From: Zygnema circumcarinatum SAG 698-1b
Lineage: Eukaryota > Plantae > Zygnematophyceae
DNA length: 64,000 bases
Direction of reading: 5' to 3'
Assembly (NCBI GenBank): GCA_037447605.1
Contig: CM074814.1
Coordinates: forward strand, 1,674,001 to 1,738,000
The translations under genes were made by a program, and so were the position numbers. Each line of letters starts with the position of its first letter. Position 1 is the first letter of the stretch. Shown here one piece after another: positions 49,101 through 58,601 of this stretch. Below the pieces are notes generated by a model. The model had not been told where the DNA came from. It was given only the letters and a program-made list of their open reading frames with translations, and did not search any database.

Positions 49101-49389
49101 TTCTGCTGCACTATTGTCGTCTTCTCCGAGGTTTGGAGGGCATGGTTTAAAGGGAAACCAAGTGCTGCCTAGTAGTGGAGAACTGAAGGGTCGTTCTACT
49201 GTGAGTAGGAGTGATGGTGGTGGCGTAGGAGAGGCAGAGGGCAGTACAGTGTTGTCTCGTCGCACATCTGCAGAGGCTTTGAAGGAATTGAAGGCGTATA
49301 GTGAAATGCGGCAGGTGCTGCTACGCCAAAGGGGAGAAGCAAGTGTCCATGCAGGTTCAACCAGGGGAGGTGGTGGGGTCGAAAGGTGA
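46133..49389 (+). CDS. ATG13: Autophagy-related protein 13 (HORMA domain plus disordered tail)
   Basis: DQVVAEFFGKSLQIILDAR, RWFNLEL, LLERWVVHYE, VYKHTVIMLRSLYCLARALPAHRLF, TPWGRMCLSVAYR; later exons DDDFALPFAVDD, SQDAAVGALVRSLRAAPPLRQ and AEALKELKAYSEMRQVLL. Confidence 0.95.
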
Positions 49390-50698
49390 AGACAGTGGCG
49401 CTCCATTGTATATATTTGCGCAGCACACTTTTCAGGCGGAGGCCATTATCCCCACCAGGCGGAATGTGTTTAGCTTCCTGTCCAAGGACGCTTGTTTTTG
49501 GTGAGGGGCCCATACATGGGAGCACAATCAGGTGCTCCTTATGCCGAGAGTCCCTATTGGAGTATACTGCCTGGACGAACAACTCCACCGTACATTGGTG
49601 GGTGGGCAGATGCAAGTCATCTCATTTCCTTAGTTTACCCACTCCCCAGTTCACCCCAACATTGGTTCATTGCTGCGACTCACACACTTCACTGACAGAG
49701 AGTGGTGAAGGCATGAGAGGTCTGCAGCCCCGTCTGCGCCGTCTATATATGATACCCGAAGTAAAGGGATGTGTGCCCTTTCAGGATCTGCCAGGCTTTG
49801 GCGGAATGAGGAGGCGTTTTGGTGGAGGCAGGATTGAGGGTTGGAGCTTTGTTTGCTCCAAATAAGTACGCGAATAAAGTGTGTGGCTTTTGCTACTTTT
49901 CTTCTTCATGCGGTCGAGTGAATATGTGAGAGCAGTGTAGAGCTGGGCAGGAAAAGGAAGAAAGAAATGTTTATTGAACATTTTGTTTCTTCGCTCTTCA
50001 CAAGCGAAGTTAAATGTACATATCTTTGTACCTTCATTGAAAGTTTTTTTGGAGCCGTGGGCTGCTTGCCTTCTCTCTAATTTGAGATTTTGCGTTTGAA
50101 TATTCTAGTTCTGCTTACGATTTTGGTCTCGATAAACGGTTTAAGACTTTAGAAAAGTTTCTCACTCACACTTTTCGCAAAATTAGTAACAGCAAGATAA
50201 AAAATGCGTTCTTAAAAAGTACTTCAAACAAAATTTGGACTGACTTTCCCAACTTGTCCGAACCCACCTACTGCATCAAATACGCAACATTGCGGAGTGG
50301 TCAAAGGCAGCAATTCGGATCTTCATTATAATCTCTCAAGGCCCTTGCAAAAAGGACGAATTCAATGGACATTTGACACAAGGCTGTTCTGGAAGATAAC
50401 GGGAAGGAAATGAAAGGTAAGGAAAGGAAGAAGGAAGGGAAGGCCCGCTCCCACCTCGCGATGTGCCTCACATCGGTGATCTTCGCGGCTGCTTCTAGGG
50501 AGGGCTGTGTTGTTGTACCTAGGCGTAGGTTTCCGCTCTTAGCTTCTTTCTTTTGTCCTTAGGTCTTCTGCGACCAGTCCCTCGTGGTTCCACATCATGC
50601 TTTTATCCATGTACATTTGATGGCGAGTTCTTACAATTTTCAAGGTGTGTAATGTCTGCTTTTGTTAGCGCAAACAAAAAAACATAACCACAAAATTT

Positions 50699-51307
50699 AT
50701 GAGTTTTGTTCAATTATTTCAACAATCCAATACAAGTTGCAATCATTTACGGGGCAATGTTATACAATGTTCGATAGAACATAAACGTGGAAACATGGTG
50801 TTTCTTAAAACAGGTTTAAAAAATGCGACAGTGTGTTTCAAAAGTGAAATCGAGACACAAAATGCTTCTATGTTGTGTGTTGGAATTGAAAGTGTAGAGT
50901 TCTTGGGTGAACCAAAAGTAGTGTTACCAAAAATTCTTCACAAGATTTCTAGACGCAAGTTAACTTGGACTTCGCTCACTAAAGTATGGCGTAATTCACA
51001 AAATCGTATAAGAGGTTTTATTTTGAATTCAGTTAATGGAGGTTATGCTGTAGCTATTGCAGGACACATAGCTTTTCTTCCAAGAAGTTTACGAATAGAT
51101 AAAAAAATATTTCATAGTCAGTGGAGAATGTTTTCTATTCTCAATATGAATCCAAAAATCAGAAACATAGTAGTGAAAGAATTAGTAAACAAAACAAATA
51201 GAGCACGCACTTTTAGTGAAATACGTTTTGGGGAGCGCATACAAAAGTTCAAATCCAAAAGTATGATCAACACCCACAAAAAGCAAATCAAATCGATGTA
51301 CAGATAA
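50699..51307 (+). CDS. rps1: Mitochondrial-type ribosomal protein S1, intact ORF within the NUMT (probably not functional in the nucleus)
   Basis: MSFVQLFQQSN...VFLKTGLK...IRGFILNSVNGGYAVAIAGHIAFLPRS...FSILNMNPKIRNIVVKE matches streptophyte mitochondrial Rps1. AT-rich codons, no introns, no added presequence. Confidence 0.9.
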   Translation: MSFVQLFQQSNTSCNHLRGNVIQCSIEHKRGNMVFLKTGLKNATVCFKSEIETQNASMLCVGIESVEFLGEPKVVLPKILHKISRRKLTWTSLTKVWRNSQNRIRGFILNSVNGGYAVAIAGHIAFLPRSLRIDKKIFHSQWRMFSILNMNPKIRNIVVKELVNKTNRARTFSEIRFGERIQKFKSKSMINTHKKQIKSMYR

Positions 51308-51819
51308 GCTCAGCTTAGTCAGTCAGCACTTTGTGTTTATGTTTGAAAACCTTTTGGTCTCAACACTGTTAACAGCAGGTGCGTTGAAAAACAAAGCAAG
51401 CCAAGCAAACAGAACAAAACCGCAATTACTTTGCGCATTTGTTTGTCAACTCAAAACGCCGTTTTGAGCATCACCTGTTGGATGAAGCCGGAGGAACACT
51501 TGTTTGGCACGTTGCAACAACGCGAAGCTTTGGCGCAGTCGAAACAAGCAGTGCTCAGCAAAAAATAACTGACCTAATAGGTTTCACACAAACCAACGTT
51601 ATCATGACCCACGGGAACATATCATCTATAAGCTGACCAAAAGGAACAGACGAGCAAACAGAGCGCCGGAACACAACTGATCAAACAAAACGCCGAGTGC
51701 CGGGAGGCGTGAACCTAGCGATCGAAGCAAACACCGAGCGCCGGTGACAAAAGAACCGAATTACCTACCGACAGCAACGCGCGAAGCATTGGGTCGCAAA
51801 AAACCCACGGTGACGAAGT

Positions 51820-52140
51820 CACAGGCGACCGTAGGGCCGTAGGCAAGCGAGCAAAGCGAGCGCAGTGAGCGAAGCGAACAGGCGACCGTAGGGTAAAACC
51901 GAGCGAGCTTGCTCGCGAGTCGAGCGCAGGAAAAGCGAGCGAGCGCAGCGAGCGACACGAGCGCAGCGAGCGACACGAGCGCAGNNNNNNNNNNAGGGCC
52001 GTAGGCAAGCGACCGTAAGGGAGCGCAGTAAAACGGAGCGAGCGCAGCGAGCGACACGAACGCAGCGAGCGACACGAGCGCAGCGAGCGACACGAGCGCA
52101 GGAAAACCGAGCGAGCGCAGCGAGCGACACGAGCGCAGTG
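51820..52140. repeat. GC-rich short tandem and dispersed repeats (gcagcgagcgacacgagc; agggccgtaggcaagcga) inside the NUMT, spanning the N gap
   Basis: The 18-bp unit gcagcgagcgacacgaRc is repeated on both sides of the gap at 51985-51994. Confidence 0.85.
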
Positions 52141-53312
52141 GAACAAGCGAGCTGGCTCGCGCGGCGCTCACTGCGTTCGCTTGTTTCACCGTGAGCCTCG
52201 GGTTGCTTCAGTACCTGTTGTTCGGTTGTTCTTACCCTGTTTGGTGCGTAGGTCGCTCGGCTCCAATTTCACCCGCGAGAACTGACGACCGCAAGCTTTG
52301 CGCCGCCCCTTTTATTCAGTGGGTTTTTTAGCAACTTCTATTTATCGTACCCTTTGAAGTAACATATATTGGTGTGCAGCAGTCAGTCGTTGTTTTTTGC
52401 TACAACACCCCTTATTTTTAGCTTGGTCGTCCTGTCGGTCAAGAGTATTTTGATTTGTTGATCAAGTACTTTAAGCCAGTTGAGAACGTTGTTGATGCAG
52501 CGTTTGATGAGATGCAGCGTTTGATGAAAGGTTATAATAAAACGAGCTGCAGTATCATACGCTTTGGAAATTATGCATCTTACAATTTTCAAGGTGTGTA
52601 ATGTCTGCTTTTGTTAGCGCAAACAAAAAAACATAACCACAAAATTTATGAGTTTTGTTCAATTATTTCAACAATCCAATACAAGTTGCTCGTGGTTCCA
52701 CATCATGCTTTTGTCCATGTACATTAGATGGCCTCGCCATCGTGAGATCAATGCCATTTTCCCCTACTCCTAAATGCTTTATTGTCAGAACAGGGCCCTT
52801 ACAAATGATTTCATGTCATCAGGTTTTCTTTTAGAGAGCATTTTTTTGCTATTTTGTTTTCTCCTATCCTCTCCGTCTCCCTCTGCCCCCTCTCTCACAA
52901 GCACACATTCATCGACGAGGTGTCAGGGGATGGAGAGTCGGCACAACAGCGGGCTTCCACACAAACCAGCTCATAAAAGGAAAAAGGGGAATCCGCCTCA
53001 AGGTTCAGAATTTGAGCAGCAGCACTGAAACTTATTGAGTTTAGCACACGCTCCACACAATGGAGTCAAAAAACAGGGTACAACATGAGAGCAAGCCCTC
53101 TGCTCCCCTTCATCTCCCCTCCCCCTCTAAAATGACAAGAACATGAACTGCATCTTGGAATTTCACATACTGTTCATGTGCCAAATTTGCTGTTCGATGT
53201 AACGGAACAACAAGCATATAACAGAAGCAGCTGTGCTGTTCTGATGTAACCGAACAACAAGCATGTAACGGAACATCTCGTCGTGATTTTATTTCCCTTA
53301 CCTTTCATTGAG

Positions 53313-56300
53313 TCAGGTAGGGACAGTTTCAGGGGGTGCCGTAGGGGGCTGACTCTGACTAAGAGGGAAGTTCCAGAATGAGTCGGACTTGTAGTAGAAC
53401 ATGACCGCTAGCAGGATGGAGACAATGAATAGTAGAATGAGAATGTAGGACGCCTGCCTCCCTGCAGTAGAAAAATCGCCCCCAGTCCATGCCATAAGCA
53501 GAGGTTGGAGAATGAATGCGACTCCTAAAACGAAAGTTTGGTGTTATTATTTGAGGATTGGCGTTATTATTTGAGGATTGGTGTCATTATTTGCGGATTG
53601 GTGGTATTACTTAACGAATTGATGATATTATTTGAGAATTGATAGCATGTCAAGATTGGGAGTATTATTTGAGGAATGGTGGTGTACTAACTGAGAATTG
53701 ATGATATTATTAGAGAATCGGTTGCTGATACTTGACAATTGGTGATAGCCCACCTGTGGCACCGGACTTCGTCACTATCGTTACGCGAGCGCTCGAGTCT
53801 CCTGAAGCTGAAAGCAGCGCTCTGCATTCCCATAAAAGCAGAAATGTGAGCAGGAATGGGAGGGAGAGAGACAACAGGATGATTCAAACTGCAATAAGAC
53901 ACACATCCTGCTTTGTTTTGAATAACTGAATCCCAGATACCCGATAGTCTCTAACAGGACAGCTCGTGAGATACTACATCCACGTGCAGAGAATGGCGGC
54001 GGTGAGGTGTGTACTTAGAATCAGGCGTAAACTCTATCGCAGTGACAAACACCAAGTGAGCGCGTTTGACTCGCTGCAGAAAAGCCATCTTGGCGATATT
54101 GATCACAGCTACTTCTCCTTCAGCTGTACCTCTGCACAAGAACAATTTACAATAAGAAGCATTACATCTCCTGCCACTGCATGCTCGAGCATAGCGACAA
54201 TGCATCCTGTCCCTTGTACTCGTCATATATGCTAACTACTGCCAGACGAAGGCTTCTGACTCCTGACTCTCTCCCTCTCTCTCTCTCTCTCTCTCGCTCT
54301 CTCTCTCTCCCCCCTGTCGACACAAAATGACCCATCTCGCATACTTGTTCCACTCCACGTGTCAATTGAATCCACCGACTCTGAATGCAGCATCGCATCA
54401 AGCATGCAACGACCATTCGACTGCGCTCCCCATGCTCCAAGTGGCTGCTTACGTGGCAAGCAGCTGTCCATCTCCGCTCACAGCAAGGGCTGAGATTGGC
54501 TCTTCGTGGAATTTGCGTGCACCAAGCTGCGTCCACGTGCGGGTATCCCACACAACCAACCAGCCGGTGCCACCTGTCGCATGGAGAAACAGCTTTACAC
54601 ATTGACTTCGGGACTGAAAGCAGCTTGTTCAACAGTCATAATATCCGTACAAGCATAACAGCACAGGGGGGATGTACTACATACCAATCTCAACTGCTAT
54701 ACACCGGATATCCTGCGCAATGCTTAAGCAAACAATTTCCATTTCCCTAATTGTGCCAATAATCAATCCGTCCCCTTTCTGAGAGTATGTTTTGAAGGTC
54801 GTGTTCACCCTTCCAACAATGTCCCCAATGCTTCTGTATTTCTTGACATACAACACTTCTTGTCTCCTTCTTTCTATATCCGTCAGCCTTCTAACATTTC
54901 AATTAGTTAGCAAGTTGCAAAATAGCTTTCTCATTAAATCGAAGTCTTTCATTACTCTGAGTAACGAAATAAGGCACCCAGTGGGTCTGGCGATGGAAAG
55001 CATAGGAGTTATAATCCTATCAAGAATGAAGATTGTGTGCAACTTGAAATATATGGTGAAAAAAAGGAAATGTTCAGCATGGGCGAGAGTTACTTTTTAC
55101 TGCGGTTGTGAAGAGGAATGGTCGGGATTCTCGGGCAAATCGACACAGACCGAGAGATCCACGCTGTCCCATATCCAAAATTCCAACAAATCAGCAGCTG
55201 AAGGTTAAGATCAGTGAAGCTGAAGTTGTGAGAAATACTCAGGTGAGCTTCCTGCATAGGGTTACAGGTGAGCATCAACAAAGGAAGGGCAAATGACAAA
55301 GAATTTAAAGAGATTAAAAAAAGCCACAAACAACAACACAAGCGGCATCCGATAACAATTGAAACCCTCTACTAATAATGATTGAATTGCCACAACAGAG
55401 AGGCCATGAATAAACCTGTGGTGCTGGCAAAGTCGCTATTGCCTTGTCTGAGGTGACATCCCACACGTGACAAGGTCCGCTGTCAGCTGTTGTGGCCAGA
55501 AGAGTGCCATCCTCACTGGCCCACACAGCAGACATATGGCAATGTCAAGTTGCAGCTCTACGTACAATTTTTCTGAAGCTGACACCTATTAACTCAACAA
55601 GTAAGCAATGAATTGGTCTGTTAAGATTCGATGAAACATTTCGCAATATAGCTCTCAAGCCTCTGCAAATTTCAAGGGCACAAGTAGGAGCATGCCTGAA
55701 GTCTGCGTCCTTTAGAGCTTTCTTGTGCGCATCTTCCACATGGAGCTTCTCCTCCATACTGGGCCAGTCAAACACAGTGAGCAACTTGTCCTGCCATCCT
55801 CCCCCGCAGCACACTCACTTCCTGTCCAGCCCCCCAATGTGGCCAGGAATTTACCATCACTAGTGCCACACATCCAATTGGTAATCTTGAAGTGAATTTC
55901 GTAGTGCAAAAATAAAAGTGATTTCTTAAAGTCTACTCTAGTGGGATCGGTTGACAGCTCCATTTTTTCCTTCTTCAACTCTGGACACTGCTCAGTCCCC
56001 GCATGCTGCAGCTAGTTTCGACTTTGGGCTTTATTGCAACGTGGAGGTGTATGAAACTGTGATACTCTCGGCCTTGACTTTATGCCCGTGCCCCAGGATT
56101 CGAGGACAAACACACCTCCCCTCCTGCAGCTATGCGAGTGCCATCCGGGCTAAAGACCAGGAACCTCAGCTCAGCTGCTTTCTCCAATCCTTTAAGAGTG
56201 CGTGTGCTGGCGACTAGCTTCTCCTCCTCCTTCAACTGAAGCTCATACAGTCTGCATGGCACAAGCATCTGTTTGATTAATACTAAGGCACCAAGGCCCC

Positions 56301-57321
56301 TATGCACATATCTGTTGTAAATATCACAGTGAGACGCAACATCAGCAGTACTGCCTGAGTCACGAGAGTGAAAAAACAGTCAACATCACCCAGTCTTGCA
56401 TGAGCGAGAGCGACTGATAAAAGTTGAAACTGCTATTTATAAGTCTCATTGTGGGCGGCCTCTTCATCTTGAGCAAGCAATATACAGCTGTTGAAGATCA
56501 TAAAGTGGAATTCAAAACACAATATCTTCTCGGCATAGACATAGACCTTCCTTTAAAAAACTGCACACCTGCAGCCATGGTCGAATGCAGCAACAACAGT
56601 ATTGCCCCCAGGATGCACTGCCAGTTTGAAGGGCGGAGTATCTCCAGTAGACAGATGGTACACCTGATGCGCCAAGAGCAACACAAGAAAATGAAGTGCA
56701 AATTTAGCCCATAAGACTAGCCGGCGCTCAAAAGCTTGAGAACTTGTGCTCAGAAAAAAAAATCTGAAAAAGGACAAAAACACCAGGAAAACTAATGGGC
56801 TGGATATCGTGCTGATGCTGTAAATATTCAAGTTGTCTACAAGTGCCAATAACTGATTCAATATTCAAGTTACATCATCGAAGACTCCATCCTTATAAGG
56901 TCCAAGCTCACTAAGGTCAAGAATCGTGCTCGTCGCACTCGTAAAGGAATTACTACGCCGCGCTCGTCTATAATCAGTAACATGTCTGAATAAAAAACAT
57001 AACTAGCAGACAATCTACGCAGTCCTCGTCTCATTCCCTGTCTCTACTGCTTCGTCCAGAACCAATGAATCCTCACTCATACCCTGAAACTCCCTCCATG
57101 ACCTGTTCTCACGATGGAGAAAAATTCCCATGACCTACTTCTTCCGAAAGCTCTCCGTCCTCGCTGCTGTACTTCGCCACGACGAGGTTGTTCTTAATGC
57201 CATGGCGGCGATCCCCTCCCCCTCCTCCCAGCAGCACGTGGCCGTCCCCTGCCAGAGCCCCGCAGAAAAGAGGCACATCGTACTTCCGAGCGGGCCGCAG
57301 GCCGTCAGTGCCCCGCGCCAT
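53313..57321 (-). CDS. SEC12-like WD40 ER membrane protein (SEC12/PHF1 family), multi-exon
   Basis: RKYDVPLFCGA...VLLGGGGGDRRHGIKNNLVVA, PPFKLAVHPGG, LVFSPDGTRIAAGGE, FDWPSM...AHKKALKDADF, SEDGTLLATT, AHLVFVTAIEFTPDS. C-terminal TM ILILLFIVSILLAVMFYYKSDSFWNFPL. Confidence 0.9.
53539..53715. repeat. Imperfect ~20-bp tandem repeat (tattatttgaggattggYg) in the last intron of the SEC12-like gene
   Basis: About 7-8 degenerate units read directly. Confidence 0.75.
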
Positions 57322-58338
57322 GGCTCCGCTGCTCGCTCTCTCCCTCTCCCTCTCCCTCTCCCTCTCCCTCTCACACTCTCTCCCTTTCCCTCTCCCTCTC
57401 CCTCTCCCTCTCCTGCGCGCGACTGTCGCTCTCACCGCCTAACCTTCACCTTCCATGCCTCCTCTCCCGTTCCATGAGCTCCCTATTCTGTTTCAGTTAC
57501 AGCGCAGTTCATCCACAGTGGTGCCTCACGCTCCTTTGCAATGTAATGCACCATATAGCGCCGTTCCAGTTACAGCTGAGCGTTGCCCGACATGTGACCG
57601 TGACATGTGGTCATGCATGCGTCATGCCATGGCCATGGCCCCATACCCCAGCCGCCCCCAGCGGCGGTCAACGCGCAACGTTGCGCCTTCCAACCAGTTC
57701 AAACTTTTACGGCTTCGTCCATTCGGCATCATTACAGTACAGTACTGTACCAAAATCCGAACAGCGCAGGTGGAAAATTTCATTGAAATCACGGTGGCAA
57801 ACTCACGATTGAAATCCGAACCCTTTAGTCCCCTCCAAAAATTGGAGTGGCGGCGCCAACCCGCCGTGTTCCCTGGGGGCAAATAAACTGCCCTGACGCT
57901 GTGCATACGTCACCATCCCACGCGCGCAAGGTGCCGGATTCCAATGAAAGCCTCGGCGTCGCGACCGCAGTCGTCGTCATGTCCACGTGGCGGCCACCGC
58001 AGCGAAAACGCTTCCCCTGCTGCCACGTGTCACAGCTCGGCGCTAAGGACACCTGTTGCGGTGACGTGGCAGCCGAATGTCCTGCCCCCATTGACTGCCC
58101 TCCTTGTCGTGGGCCTCGTGGCCGTCCCCCCCCCCCCCTGTCTCCCAGAGGCCGCCGCAAACCGCGCCAGCCGCGGCGGTTGCAAACCCGTCCGCCCGGT
58201 TTGCAACCGACCAGAAAATTCGGCCCCGGCCCAGGCCAGCCTGCGGCACTAGCGGGCCCGTTCCCACCGCCGCGAGCCGACGGGATCCCGCCGTATGGTA
58301 CGGTAACATACGGACGATGGGTACGCAGCTGTACGGCG

Positions 58339-58369
<31 letters not shown>

Positions 58370-58601
58370 AGGCGAATTAGGTCACGGGCGGGCCCAGCCT
58401 GGTCCGGACCTGCACCTGCTGCTGCTGCTGTTGCTGCTGCTGCAGGCGGGGAGGGGAGAGGAGGGGCTCTTGGAGGAGCAGCAGCGCGTGCTGTACGTGG
58501 CGGGCGGCTCTCACTCGCGTGTAAAGTACAGAGAGATACACCACTCTTGTCTCTGCGGGAGGGAAGTGGAGGGGGGGGAGGAAGGGAGGAGAGTGGGGAT
58601 C

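Larger units (their letters stand above)
50625..52689. other. Nuclear insertion of mitochondrial DNA (NUMT), about 2.06 kb as assembled, containing a 10-N gap
   Basis: Abrupt switch to AT-rich, intronless organellar-type sequence with rps1. A 112-bp identical direct repeat at both ends (50629-50740 and 52578-52689). A nuclear 44-bp sequence is duplicated on both sides. Confidence 0.85.
50465..52753. mobile_element. Right-hand part of a copy of the 7816-8158 MITE family, split by the mitochondrial insertion
   Basis: 50481-50624 aligns with ~7999-8137 (cttcgcgRctgcttctagggagg...gtggttcc...catgtacatttgatggc). 52689-52753 continues to the TIR end gccatcgtgagatcaatg. Confidence 0.75.

Noticed and set aside
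50699-51307. Functional endosymbiotic transfer of rps1 to the nucleus
   Set aside because: No targeting presequence, introns or nuclear-type codon shift. The upstream sequence is mitochondrial-like and the insert sits in a MITE.
51330-52570. Additional mitochondrial genes in the NUMT
   Set aside because: Only short frames (under 70 aa) with no motif I could recognise.
57940-58100. ERSE dyad in the SEC12-like/PPI spacer
   Set aside because: Inverted G-boxes are present, but there is no CCAAT at the N9 distance. The spacers at 2570-2875 and 24430-25086 also lack the dyad.
58104-58601. N-terminal extension of the PPI ORF
   Set aside because: GC-rich promoter/5' UTR with (gcag)n and (gct)n repeats. 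ATG 58602 is the more plausible start.
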